The notes: generated by a model not told the origin, from the letters alone. A DNA stretch of 14,630 nucleotides from Campylobacterota bacterium (GCA_034717975.1 JAYEMF010000075.1:1-14630), one strand, 5' to 3'; counted from the first letter of the stretch, positions 1-9,282 are shown. Program-made: numbers and translations.

Positions 1-1147
1 AATTATTAAAGAGTGCCTCAAGTGAAGAAACATCCTCTTTTTGCTCCTCTTCAGCACCTTCGGCAGAAGTTCCCTCCTGCTCAACAAGCTCGATGGTATA
101 GCCTGTCAGCATCGACGCAAGACGGATATTGATTCCGCTTTTACCAATGGCTTTGGACTTCTGATCAGCCGGAAGTGTAACGATCGCTTTATCGTTCTCC
201 TCTTCATCTTCCGTATGCTCGATCGTGACAGAGCTGATGATCGCCGGGCTCATAACGCGGGCGACAAAAAGTTCAGGGATCGTTGTGTACTCGATACAGT
301 CGATGTTTTCGCCCAGAAGTTCTTCACTGACAGCATTGATACGTACCCCTTTGACACCAACTGTCGCACCAACAGGATCGACCTGCGGATGGGTTGAAAG
401 CAGGGCGATCTTGGCGCGTTCACCCGGGATGCGGGCACTTCGTTCGACAACGACCATCTCATCCTGAATCTCAGGTACTTCAAGGGCAAGAAGTTGTTCA
501 AGGAACTTGGGCGAAGTACGGGAAAGTTCGATCTGGATCCCGTTGACCTTATCGAAGTTAACACGGCGGACAACGGCTCTTACTAGATCACCGACTTTGA
601 AAACTTCACCTTTAATACGGCTTTTCATCGGCAGTATAGCGCGGATCTCATCCATCTCGATATAAGTGGTCTGATTGTTGTCGACACGAGTGACACGACC
701 TGAAGCGATGGTGCCGATCTTCTCTTTATATTTGTTAAATAGCTCATCTTCGACCAGGCGCTGGATATGGAATTCTATCTCACGGTGAAGGGTCATGGCA
801 GCAGTACGTCCGTGGGCATGGATATCGTGTTCGATCTGGAACTCATCACCGACTTCAACGTCAGGATCGACCTCCTCCTTGGCACGGCTGAGACTGATGA
901 AGCCCTGGTTGACATCACCCTCTTCGGTGTAGAGTTTATCATCGTCATCATCTTCGACAACCGTGATCGTCTGATAGACGCGGATGCTCTTTGTCTCATC
1001 GTCGATCTCGGCAGCAAAGACAAGGTTCTCATCGATAAGGCGTTCTGCCGTCTTGATAAAAGCGGTCTTGATCCCCTCTTTGACATTCTCCGGTGTAAGC
1101 CCTTTCTCATGGGCGATTGCATCAACGATATCTAAAATATTTTCCAT
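1..1147 (-). CDS. nusA: Transcription termination/antitermination factor NusA (stop codon just beyond window edge)
   Basis: Manual translation from ATG at 1147: MENILDIVDAIAHEKGL...; S1 region (GRVTRV...RIKGEVFKVGD), ELSRTSPKFLEQLLALEVPEI, KH motifs (ARIPGERAKIAL, DPVGATVGVKGVRI, KAIGKSGINIRLASMLTGYTIE). Frame stays open to the window edge (...SLEALFNN). SD-like AAGGGA upstream. Confidence 0.97.
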   Translation of the reverse strand, partial: MENILDIVDAIAHEKGLTPENVKEGIKTAFIKTAERLIDENLVFAAEIDDETKSIRVYQTITVVEDDDDDKLYTEEGDVNQGFISLSRAKEEVDPDVEVGDEFQIEHDIHAHGRTAAMTLHREIEFHIQRLVEDELFNKYKEKIGTIASGRVTRVDNNQTTYIEMDEIRAILPMKSRIKGEVFKVGDLVRAVVRRVNFDKVNGIQIELSRTSPKFLEQLLALEVPEIQDEMVVVERSARIPGERAKIALLSTHPQVDPVGATVGVKGVRINAVSEELLGENIDCIEYTTIPELFVARVMSPAIISSVTIEHTEDEEENDKAIVTLPADQKSKAIGKSGINIRLASMLTGYTIELVEQEGTSAEGAEEEQKEDVSSLEALFNN

Positions 1148-1221
1148 TATTATCCCTTTGGATGGTCACTTTTCATAAAAATAATTTAATGTTTTGAATG
1201 TTGTTTTTTATGAAGAGTGTA

Positions 1222-1227
1222 AGTATA
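1222..1227 (-). promoter_or_regulatory. Putative sigma70 -10 box (TATACT) for nusA
   Basis: agtata on + reads TATACT on -, ~75 nt upstream of the nusA ATG, in AT-rich DNA. Confidence 0.5.
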
Positions 1228-1266
1228 CTGGAATATCACTTAATTGAATATTTATCGAACTAAAGC

Positions 1267-1272
1267 TATAAT
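1267..1272 (+). promoter_or_regulatory. Putative sigma70 -10 box (TATAAT) for the HP0268-miaB operon
   Basis: Perfect TATAAT in the context taaagcTATAAT with AT-rich upstream DNA; implies a ~150-nt leader. Confidence 0.65.
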
Positions 1273-1298
1273 CCCCATTATTTACAGTTGACAAAAGT

Positions 1299-1370
1299 AT
1301 GCCTGCACATTTGATTTTTTGCACAGTTTGTCTGTGCTTGAGTCTGCTGCTGAAGCAAACTTGGAGTTAG
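1299..1370 (+). other. Putative 23-aa upstream ORF (MPAHLIFCTVCLCLSLLLKQTWS)
   Basis: ATG 1299 to TAG 1370 inside the predicted leader; no convincing SD sequence. Confidence 0.2.
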
Positions 1371-1426
1371 CATAGTTCAATGGGCTTTACTCACTGGACG
1401 TATAAAACTATTAAAAGGACACGCTT

Positions 1427-1669
1427 ATGGAGCTTAAAGTAGCACGTACCGAGCAAAATGCCAAACCGAAAAAGATTGATGTTAAAAAGATTGAAGATAT
1501 GGTAACAAAAGAGGGGTCTGTCATCTTGTATTTTGATCGTGACAACTCACACAAAGACCTTCTGGCACTTCAGGATCATTTTGAAGGCGAAGGTAACAGT
1601 TTCTACATGCGTGAAGTACGTTTCGGACTTGCCGACAACGAATACATGTACGAAGTGCATATTCTGTAA
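1427..1669 (+). CDS. HP0268-family small nuclease
   Basis: 80 aa, MELKVAR..., YFDRDNSHKDL, YMREVRFGLADNEYMYEVHIL; SD AAAAGGA; position directly upstream of miaB as in Helicobacter/Campylobacter. Confidence 0.88.
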   Translation: MELKVARTEQNAKPKKIDVKKIEDMVTKEGSVILYFDRDNSHKDLLALQDHFEGEGNSFYMREVRFGLADNEYMYEVHIL

Positions 1670-1672
1670 TAA

Positions 1673-2977
1673 ATGTCTAAGAAACTTTTCATAGAGACGC
1701 TCGGCTGTGCGATGAATGTTCGCGACAGTGAGCATATGATCGCTGAATTGAATGAAAAAGAGGATTATGTCCTCACTGATGAGAGTACAGATGCCGATCT
1801 GATCATCATCAATACCTGCTCGGTCCGTGAAAGACCTGTGCATAAACTCTTCTCTGAACTCGGCGTATTCAATAAAACAAAAAAAGCGAGTGCGAAGATC
1901 GGTGTCTGCGGTTGTACAGCATCGCATCTCGGTAAAGAGATAATCAAACGGGCACCCTACGTCGATTTTGTACTGGGTGCGCGCAATGTCTCGAAGATCA
2001 GTGATGTTGTCCACCGGGACAAAGCAGTTGAGATCGAGATCGATTATGATGAGTCGCAGTTCGCCTTCAAAGATTTCCGTACCTCCCCTTACAAAGCCTA
2101 TATCAATATCTCCATCGGCTGTGACAAGCAGTGTACCTACTGTATCGTTCCAAAGACCCGTGGTGATGAGGTCTCTATTCCACCTGAACTGATCGTAAAT
2201 GAAGTCGAACGAGCTGTCGAACATGGTGCCAAAGAGATCTTTTTACTGGGTCAGAATGTGAACAATTATGGTCGCCGTTTCTCCAATGACAGTCTGAAAA
2301 AAATCAACTTTACCGAACTTTTAAAACGGGTGAGTCAGGTTGAAGGGCTGGAGCGTATCCGTTTCACCTCGCCGCATCCGCTTCATATGGATGATGAGTT
2401 CATAGAAGAGTTTGCCTCAAATCCGAAGATCTGCAAGTCGATGCATGTACCGTTACAGTCGGGTTCGACGGAGCTGCTTAAGTCGATGAAGCGGGGTTAC
2501 AGCAAGGAGTGGTTCTTGAACCGTGTGGCCAAACTGCGCGAAATGGTGCCTGATGTCAGTATCAGTACCGATATCATCGTTGCTTTTCCGGGTGAGAGTG
2601 ATGAAGATTATGAAGATACCCTTGATGTAATGCGTCAGGTGAAGTTTGAACAGGTATTCAGCTTTAAGTACTCACCGCGTCCGGAGACGGAAGCCGAGAA
2701 GTTTACCAATGTCGTTGACCCGGCTGTGGCATCGGAGCGTTTGACAAACCTGCAGCTGCTCCAGGATGCGAACCTTGATGCGATCATGCCCAAACATCTT
2801 GGACGCATCTATGAGATCTATTTCGAAGAGCTTCGTCCCGATGGGCATGTCGTTGGACGCAGCAGTAACAACCAGATGGTCAAGGTCAAAGGCTCCGAAG
2901 AGCTGCTTGGGCAGTTGAAACAGGTTGAGATCACGAAAACATCCCGTCTCTCCCTGGAGGGGAAGGTGATTGCGTAA
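1673..2977 (+). CDS. miaB: tRNA i6A37 methylthiotransferase MiaB
   Basis: UPF0004 N-domain ([26 protein letters not shown]), radical [31 protein letters not shown]-terminal TRAM domain. Confidence 0.97.
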   Translation: MSKKLFIETLGCAMNVRDSEHMIAELNEKEDYVLTDESTDADLIIINTCSVRERPVHKLFSELGVFNKTKKASAKIGVCGCTASHLGKEIIKRAPYVDFVLGARNVSKISDVVHRDKAVEIEIDYDESQFAFKDFRTSPYKAYINISIGCDKQCTYCIVPKTRGDEVSIPPELIVNEVERAVEHGAKEIFLLGQNVNNYGRRFSNDSLKKINFTELLKRVSQVEGLERIRFTSPHPLHMDDEFIEEFASNPKICKSMHVPLQSGSTELLKSMKRGYSKEWFLNRVAKLREMVPDVSISTDIIVAFPGESDEDYEDTLDVMRQVKFEQVFSFKYSPRPETEAEKFTNVVDPAVASERLTNLQLLQDANLDAIMPKHLGRIYEIYFEELRPDGHVVGRSSNNQMVKVKGSEELLGQLKQVEITKTSRLSLEGKVIA

Positions 2978-3608
2978 ACGCATCCTTCGCGCACTTGCGC
3001 TGGCAGTGGTTCCCTTCCTTGGAATGCTGCTTGTCCGGTTTATATACGCTACGAACCGAAAACATTTTCATCTGCCGACACAGCTTCCGGACAAGCCGTT
3101 CGTCATCGCTTTTTGGCATGGTGATCTCCTCATGCAGTCCTATAACTATTACCAGTTGCGTCGCCAGAGGCATATCAAGATTATGATCAGTGACCATTTT
3201 GATGGACAGATCATCTCCAGGTTTGCCCGTTTTTTCGACTTGGGAACGGTCAGTGGCTCAAGCAATAAAAACCCGGTCAAAGCTTTGATCCAGGCTATGC
3301 GAACGTTAAAAGACGGGTATGATATGGCAATTACCCCCGATGGGCCGCGAGGACCACGGCATGAGGTCTCAGACGGGGTGATCGTGATGGCTCAAAAGAC
3401 CGGTTCAAAAGTTTATGTCTTTCACTGTATCCCTTCAAAGTATTGGCAGTTTGGAAGCTGGGATAAATTTACGATTCCCAAACCATTCGGAAAGATGGAT
3501 TTTTATATAAGCGAACCTATCGATCTAAGCGGTATGGAGCTTGAAGAGGCCAGAGCATCTATCAAATCGGCACTGCTTGAACATCGTGTACCGGAACTGA
3601 GGAGTTAG
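2970..3608 (+). CDS. lpxJ: DUF374 / lysophospholipid acyltransferase family protein, probable lipid A late acyltransferase LpxJ
   Basis: FWHGDLL and ITPDGPRGP motifs, [12 protein letters not shown]-terminal membrane anchor; TTG start overlapping the miaB stop; same position as H. pylori HP0270. Confidence 0.78.
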   Translation: MRKRILRALALAVVPFLGMLLVRFIYATNRKHFHLPTQLPDKPFVIAFWHGDLLMQSYNYYQLRRQRHIKIMISDHFDGQIISRFARFFDLGTVSGSSNKNPVKALIQAMRTLKDGYDMAITPDGPRGPRHEVSDGVIVMAQKTGSKVYVFHCIPSKYWQFGSWDKFTIPKPFGKMDFYISEPIDLSGMELEEARASIKSALLEHRVPELRS

Positions 3609-3610
3609 GC

Positions 3611-4090
3611 ATGAAACAAGGAAAAGTGTGGTTGATGATTGTTGCCGGATTTTTGGGAGTCATGGTGCTCTATTTTGTGCTGAACCCCTCTTATGAGCGC
3701 TCCATTCAGGCAAAATTCTACTATGCGATCGGTGAGTATAAAGAAGCCCATACCCTGGCATCGGAAGCGTTTGCCCTTGACGGCTACAACCGAATGGCAG
3801 CGACGATTATGACGCAGTCAAAGACAGCATTGGTCTTTGTAGCATATATTGATGAAGCCAAAGGCTATATGCGGGATATCTCGAAAATAGCCGAATCCAA
3901 ATCAATTACCGATGCCGACAGGGCCAAAATGAGGCTGATGTGTGAGATCATGATGGACTCTTTTGTAAAAATAGATCCTATCAAGCGTGACGGAAGAGCT
4001 GTTCTGCTTGACAAAGATCTCGTCAATGAAGCCAAAGAGTACCATCAGCAGTTCGTGGATCTCCATGAAAAACTCACTGCAGCACTATAG
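3611..4090 (+). CDS. Hypothetical membrane-anchored helical (TPR-like) protein
   Basis: 159 aa, SD GAGGAG, N-terminal TM helix, AKFYYAIGEYKEAHTLASEAFALDGYN resembles one TPR unit. Confidence 0.8.
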   Translation: MKQGKVWLMIVAGFLGVMVLYFVLNPSYERSIQAKFYYAIGEYKEAHTLASEAFALDGYNRMAATIMTQSKTALVFVAYIDEAKGYMRDISKIAESKSITDADRAKMRLMCEIMMDSFVKIDPIKRDGRAVLLDKDLVNEAKEYHQQFVDLHEKLTAAL

Positions 4091-4910
4091 GCTCGATTTT
4101 CTCGATCATCTCGCCCATATCAGGGGCTACTCAGACCTGACCCTCAAAAGCTATGACGAAGCACTTGAGGAGGCATTTGAGCATATGGAAGTCGAGACGG
4201 TCGATAAGGGGGTCCGGTTCAACCTTATGCCGCTTCGTCTGAGGATCGCCTCACAAAAACCAAAAACGATTGCCAAAAAACTGAGTGCCATCCGCTCCTT
4301 CTGCGAATATCTAAAAGAGCAGAACGAATACGTTGAGCTACGTGCAGATGAGAGTGTCAAAGTTCCTAAAACACTCCCCAAACCTATCCCACATGAACAC
4401 ATCGAAGAAGCACTGCTCAAGGCTGAACTGCAAGAAGAGCTCGCTGTCACCATGCTCTATACTTTAGGCCTTCGTATTTCGGAACTGACAGGCCTGAAAC
4501 TTGAAGATATCGGGGATGAGTGGGTCCGCGTTCGTGGAAAAGGGAACAAGGAACGGGAAATTCCACTGATCGATTCGACACGTCACCTGTTGCAGCGTTA
4601 CCTCGAACAACAGCGTCCCAAGCGCTTTCTTTTCGAAAAGCGAGGAGATAGATTAAGCGAAAATAGTCTAAGATATACCATCACAAAGTTGTTTAAAAGT
4701 GTGGGGATCAAAATGACGCCGCATCAGCTGCGTCATTCGTATGCTACGGCATTGCTGAACAATAGTGCGCGCATTGCTGATGTAAGTGAACTGCTGGGAC
4801 ATGCGTCGATGGCCACGACGCAGATCTACACGAAGCTTGGAAGTGCACTTAAAATGGAAAACTATCTGAAATCGCATCCGCTGTGCAAGGGAATCAATGA
4901 GACTGAGTAA
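4065..4910 (+). CDS. Tyrosine recombinase, XerC/XerD-like
   Basis: Complete catalytic set: LGLRISEL (R), GKGNKER (K), HQLRHSYAT (HxxR), LLGHASMATTQIY (H, Y); N-terminal RGYSDLTLKSY. Start reassigned to ATG 4065 (281 aa). Confidence 0.92.
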   Translation: MKNSLQHYRLDFLDHLAHIRGYSDLTLKSYDEALEEAFEHMEVETVDKGVRFNLMPLRLRIASQKPKTIAKKLSAIRSFCEYLKEQNEYVELRADESVKVPKTLPKPIPHEHIEEALLKAELQEELAVTMLYTLGLRISELTGLKLEDIGDEWVRVRGKGNKEREIPLIDSTRHLLQRYLEQQRPKRFLFEKRGDRLSENSLRYTITKLFKSVGIKMTPHQLRHSYATALLNNSARIADVSELLGHASMATTQIYTKLGSALKMENYLKSHPLCKGINETE

Positions 4911-5940
4911 GGTGATCGAAAGCCTTTATCTTAAAGTGTTTGTCGGGATCGTTGTCTCAGCTGAAAAGTATGATGTAGTCATCGAGATACTCAAAGGAAG
5001 CGACGTCAAAGAGCGTCTGATGAAAAGCTTTTCATCGTCATCGGGTAAGGGCGAGATGCAGAGCTTCATCGAGACCTATACGAGTGAGTCACCGTTTTAC
5101 TACATCGCCCTCTTAAACCCTATGGCCGATCAGGGAGCTATTCCCACCTGTTCATCCAAACGCTCAGAAGATTTTCTTGACCTTTCGACTTCTATCACCT
5201 TGTGCCAGGATAAACAGTGGACGCTTTACGCCGCCAAGCCTGACCTGGATCAGTTGCGTCGTGAGTATAAAAAAACCGGTCTGGATTTTATCTTTTCTCC
5301 CTTCAGCGTAATGCAGCGTTTTTTCAAAGATAAGATCACATCGGGACTGTCACTTTTTGTTCTGGCCCAACCGGAGAGTATCTCCCTGACAATTTTTCAG
5401 GAGGGATTACTTCTGTTTGCGCAGCAGGTCAAGATGGAAGCAGAAGAGGAGGACCTGTTTGACGATCAGAACGATGATAATATCAGTCTTAGCTTTGAAC
5501 TAGATGCCGATGGTCTTGAAGAGGGGATCGATCTCGATGATATCAATGCGATCGATGACCTGGAAGGACTGGACGATCTTAATGATATTGAGGACCTGGA
5601 TGCCGTAGGCGACCTTGAATCTTTTGAAGAGGATATCCCTGAAATGGCACCGGTTGCGATAGATAAGGAAGAAGCGACTGAGGAGCCCTCTATAGAAGGC
5701 TTTAATGAAGATTTTAAACGTTTTCAGATCATTCAAAACAGTTTGAACAGCTACTACAGTGACGGAAAATTCGACCAGCAGTTTATTGAGTCGGTCTATG
5801 TGGCAGATGGCTGCGGTGTAACGGATGACCTGAAACACTACCTTGAAGAGGAGCTCTTCATGAAAGTCTATATCCGTCGTATCGATCTGGCTGCCGAAGT
5901 GGTTGATCTGGCAAAAGCCGAGGCCAAGTATGCGATATAG
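4897..5940 (+). CDS. PilM-like protein (probable flagellar motor cage component) with acidic insert
   Basis: C-terminal IESVYVADGCGVTDDLKHYLEEELFMKV resembles the PilM/FtsA actin-fold tail; first of three genes syntenic with H. pylori HP0271-0273 / C. jejuni Cj0456c-0454c. Confidence 0.65.
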   Translation: MRLSKVIESLYLKVFVGIVVSAEKYDVVIEILKGSDVKERLMKSFSSSSGKGEMQSFIETYTSESPFYYIALLNPMADQGAIPTCSSKRSEDFLDLSTSITLCQDKQWTLYAAKPDLDQLRREYKKTGLDFIFSPFSVMQRFFKDKITSGLSLFVLAQPESISLTIFQEGLLLFAQQVKMEAEEEDLFDDQNDDNISLSFELDADGLEEGIDLDDINAIDDLEGLDDLNDIEDLDAVGDLESFEEDIPEMAPVAIDKEEATEEPSIEGFNEDFKRFQIIQNSLNSYYSDGKFDQQFIESVYVADGCGVTDDLKHYLEEELFMKVYIRRIDLAAEVVDLAKAEAKYAI

Positions 5941-6445
5941 TTTTATCAAGGCTCGCCCAAAACAGATCATCAGTCCGGAGATGAAACTGGTGCTCTTTTT
6001 CTTTGGGATGACTCTCTTTATGCTGGTTTCGACCTATGCTTTTTTAATGCTGAAAACCTATGGCTTTGAGAGTGAAATGGTGCGTTTTGACGAAGAGACA
6101 AAAGTGTTGCGCAGCGAGATGAGCGGGATGGATACGAAGATCGCCTTCATCGAAAAAGAGGCAGCCCATGCCGAACAGGTTTTTACTTCCAACACCGTTT
6201 TAAAAGAGAGCATCAAAAACCTCTTTGACCTGGTGCCTGAACGCATTACCCTCTCTCAGGCTGAGCTCGATGATCATAAACTGGTGCTTTACGGAGTCAC
6301 GCCAAACAAAGAGGTCTATGAATTTCTGCTTCATGCCCCGCTGCGCTCGATCTTTCACCGGACTTACAGCAGTTTTTACCCTATAGAAAATGGCTGGTAC
6401 CGATTTGTATCGACTAACTATCTTGACAAAGAGGAGGTCGAATGA
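5930..6445 (+). CDS. PilN-like bitopic membrane protein
   Basis: Start at ATG 5930 (MRYSFIK), TM helix, coiled coil, then LFDLVPERITLSQAELDDHKLVLYGVT typical of the PilN domain. Confidence 0.72.
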   Translation: MRYSFIKARPKQIISPEMKLVLFFFGMTLFMLVSTYAFLMLKTYGFESEMVRFDEETKVLRSEMSGMDTKIAFIEKEAAHAEQVFTSNTVLKESIKNLFDLVPERITLSQAELDDHKLVLYGVTPNKEVYEFLLHAPLRSIFHRTYSSFYPIENGWYRFVSTNYLDKEEVE

Positions 6446-7011
6446 AACTGCATATCAGCCGTCAGAGTATCTACCTCCTTGTGATTGCCTTTATCCTGAT
6501 GCTCGTCGTTTTGCTTTTCTCATTTCTACTCTTGATCCCGGCAGGAAAAGAGTATCGTATAGATCGTATGGAGATGAAAAAACATGCGATGGAGCTGCGA
6601 CAGCATCAGGAGTGGCACAGTGAAACCTATGAGAAGCTAAAAGATTTACAAGCTGCACATAAGCGGGCAATCACGGCTTATGAGAGCAGTTTTGATGCAA
6701 AGCGCTTTGTCAAGATGAACCGCAGCTATTTTGAGGAGCTGACCCTCTCCAAACTCGCTTCAAAACCAAATGAGAGCGGGTTCGCGCTCTATGAAGTCAA
6801 TGCCACCTCAAAAATCGATTCGCCGCAGAGTTTTTATACCTTTTTGGAGGGGATGAACAAGGGTGACTGGATCATCGGTGTGAATTTTCCAATCCACTTT
6901 GAACGTCACGAGGAGCTGATTCTCTCCTCGTTTACCATGAAAGTCTATGGTCTTGCCGATGAGACAAGTGAAACAACGGTAGAGAAAGCTGCTTCAGAGG
7001 TCGATAAGTAA
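6442..7011 (+). CDS. PilO-like bitopic membrane protein
   Basis: ATGA overlap with the pilN-like gene, SD GAGGAGG, TM helix + coiled coil + alpha/beta C-domain. Confidence 0.65.
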   Translation: MKLHISRQSIYLLVIAFILMLVVLLFSFLLLIPAGKEYRIDRMEMKKHAMELRQHQEWHSETYEKLKDLQAAHKRAITAYESSFDAKRFVKMNRSYFEELTLSKLASKPNESGFALYEVNATSKIDSPQSFYTFLEGMNKGDWIIGVNFPIHFERHEELILSSFTMKVYGLADETSETTVEKAASEVDK

Positions 7012-7946
7012 GGTCTGAGCTTCGGTTCGATCTGAAGTTTTCGACACGCCTCTTTAAAGGGCTTCTCCATTTCGATATCCAAATAGGGTGCGATAAAGGT
7101 GTAACACTTACCGATCGTGACGATAAAACGCCTTCCTATTACAACACACTCTTCACTTTTTAACCGCTCTTTATCTCCCTGCCGCATCAGAAAACCGTTC
7201 TGTTTCAAACTCTTATCGATGGCATAGAGGGTAGATCGCCGTGAGGAGGACGTTGGAAAATAGTAAAGTTCATCGACACGGTCGACACTGATCTGTTCAA
7301 GCAGATGGGTGGCATCCTCTTCGAGAAAATCAAAACTTTTTGCGATCCCTTTTGGGTAGGCATCAAGCAGCGGTGTAGCGAAATGGTGGCGGAAGTAGTT
7401 GCGTTTGTACTTTTCGTCCCGGTTACTCTCATCTTCAAACCAGCTCAGGCCTCTGTCTTGCAGGTAAGTGATAAGTGCTTGCTTGCTCTGTCGCAGAAGT
7501 GGTCGGACAAGTCTGTATCCTTCTGATTGCTGGATGGTCTGCATGCCCAACATCTCCGGAAGACCGGCTCCCTTGCTAAGCTGCATCAAAAACCACTCAA
7601 GTCTGTCATCGAGTTGGTGCGCGGTGATGAGGTTGCTGTATTGGTGCTCTTCCATGAGTGCTTCAAAAAAACCATAGCGGATGAGACGGGCTTCATGCTC
7701 AAAGTTCTGGCCATCGATATCGGCATCAAAAAGGTGGCACTCAACTCCATGCTTTCTGGCCAGCAGATGTGCCGCTTCTGCTTCGCGGTTGCTATGATCG
7801 CGGGTGTGGTAGTTGACATGGGCGATATCGAAGGAGATACCGGCCTCTAGAAGCAGGTGAAACAGGGCGGTTGAATCTGCTCCGCCGGAGAAGGCGAGCA
7901 GATTGTGCGCGTTTTTGAGGAGGGCTAGCGCGTCACTGTCTAGCAT
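6945..7946 (-). CDS. tilS: tRNA(Ile)-lysidine synthase TilS
   Basis: PP-loop LAFSGGADSTAL, FEHEARLIRY, TAHQLDD, RPLL, EDESN, YKRNYFRH; start reassigned to ATG 7946 overlapping the rimO end. Confidence 0.95.
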   Translation of the reverse strand: MLDSDALALLKNAHNLLAFSGGADSTALFHLLLEAGISFDIAHVNYHTRDHSNREAEAAHLLARKHGVECHLFDADIDGQNFEHEARLIRYGFFEALMEEHQYSNLITAHQLDDRLEWFLMQLSKGAGLPEMLGMQTIQQSEGYRLVRPLLRQSKQALITYLQDRGLSWFEDESNRDEKYKRNYFRHHFATPLLDAYPKGIAKSFDFLEEDATHLLEQISVDRVDELYYFPTSSSRRSTLYAIDKSLKQNGFLMRQGDKERLKSEECVVIGRRFIVTIGKCYTFIAPYLDIEMEKPFKEACRKLQIEPKLRPYLSTSEAAFSTVVSLVSSARP

Positions 7947-9255
7947 CAGCAATGACAGTCGCGAGAAGCTTGTTCCCGGCAATATCGGTGATCCTGGCAG
8001 GGTAGATCACGCCAAAAGAGAGCTCTTCGTCGACCTCTTTATCATTCACGAAGATCTCACCATCGATCTCAGGTGCCCACTGCAGCGCTTTGGCACTGAG
8101 CAGATACTCATGTTCATCACTTTCACTGTCGATCACGATATCGATGCTCTTGCCGATCATATTTCGCAGGCTCAACTCTTCGCAGTAAGCGGCGATCTCG
8201 CCAAGCTTCTCAGCTCGTGCATCGATGGTCTCCTGATCGATCTGAGCATCCATCTCATAGGCTGAGGTTCCCTCTTCATTGGAGTAACCAAAGACGTTGA
8301 TGCGGTCAAAGCCGAAGGTTTCAGCGAAGTTGCAGAGTTCATCAAACATCGAGACGCTCTCATGCGGATGCCCGACGATGAAACTGGTACGGATAAAGGA
8401 GTTGGGCAGAGAGCGCATATAGTTTAACTGCTGCATGGTCTTCTCCTCTCCAAAGCCGCGCTTCATCAGTTTAAGCATCTCATCATTGATATGCTGGATC
8501 GGCATGTCGAAGTAGTTGTGAAAGAGGGATGACTTGGCGATGCTCTCGAGAAGTTTCATAGTGGTGGTCGATGGGTAAAGATAGAGGATGCGCGCACTCT
8601 TGACACCATCGATCAGTTCGATGCGTTTGATGAGATGGATCAGCCCGTCTTTGATGTTCTGGTCACGCAGGTAGGAACTCGAATCCTGAGAGACAAAACT
8701 GAAGTCATAATAGCCCTGTTTGACCAGTCCTTCAACTTCTTTGGCGATGGAGTCCAGATCACGCGAATGGAGTTTGCCTTTAAACGAAGGGATGGCACAG
8801 AAGCTGCAGGTCTGGTTGCATCCCTCAGAGAGTTTGATGTAGGCGTGATAGCTTGAACCGGTAACGACCCGTTCGGCCCCGTCAATGAGGTAGACTTCAT
8901 CACTGAATCGGCTCTCTTTTGAGGCAAGAAGCTCATCGATCTTGTCATAATCACCGACACCGGTGAAGATATCGACTTCCGGGAGGTCTCTGCTAAGCTC
9001 CTCCTGGTAGCGCTCGCTCAGACAACCGGCCATAACAAGGGCCGAGTCCTCCTTACGCTGTTCGTGCAGGTTCAAAACGGTGTTGAGAGACTCCTCTTTC
9101 GCGGCATCGATGAAGCCGCAGGTGTTGACGATGATGACATCGGCTTCTTCGGAGTTGTCGGTCAACTCATAGGATTTTAGCCGTCCCATCATCACTTCGG
9201 TGTCAACAAGGTTTTTGGTGCATCCCAGTGAGACGATATGGAGTTTTTTGTTCAT
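7933..9255 (-). CDS. rimO: Ribosomal protein S12 methylthiotransferase RimO
   Basis: SLGCTKNLVDTE, NTCGFIDAAKEES, AGCLSERY, radical SAM CNQTCSFC, C-terminal APEIDG. Confidence 0.96.
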   Translation of the reverse strand: MNKKLHIVSLGCTKNLVDTEVMMGRLKSYELTDNSEEADVIIVNTCGFIDAAKEESLNTVLNLHEQRKEDSALVMAGCLSERYQEELSRDLPEVDIFTGVGDYDKIDELLASKESRFSDEVYLIDGAERVVTGSSYHAYIKLSEGCNQTCSFCAIPSFKGKLHSRDLDSIAKEVEGLVKQGYYDFSFVSQDSSSYLRDQNIKDGLIHLIKRIELIDGVKSARILYLYPSTTTMKLLESIAKSSLFHNYFDMPIQHINDEMLKLMKRGFGEEKTMQQLNYMRSLPNSFIRTSFIVGHPHESVSMFDELCNFAETFGFDRINVFGYSNEEGTSAYEMDAQIDQETIDARAEKLGEIAAYCEELSLRNMIGKSIDIVIDSESDEHEYLLSAKALQWAPEIDGEIFVNDKEVDEELSFGVIYPARITDIAGNKLLATVIADARQ

Positions 9256-9282
9256 TTTTTATGGCCTGTAAATAATGATGGT

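Noticed and set aside
41..1178. Several ORF-track ORFs (41-397, 225-467, 250-573, 767-1135, 793-1125, 984-1178)
   Set aside because: Antisense or off-frame shadows of nusA, which occupies 1-1147 on the minus strand.
4065..4910. Recombinase as a prophage or genomic-island integrase
   Set aside because: No adjacent tRNA, att repeats or cargo; coupled to core genes; size and motifs fit Xer.
7205..8960. Alternative ORFs overlapping tilS and rimO
   Set aside because: Antisense or off-frame shadows of well-supported genes with no motifs.
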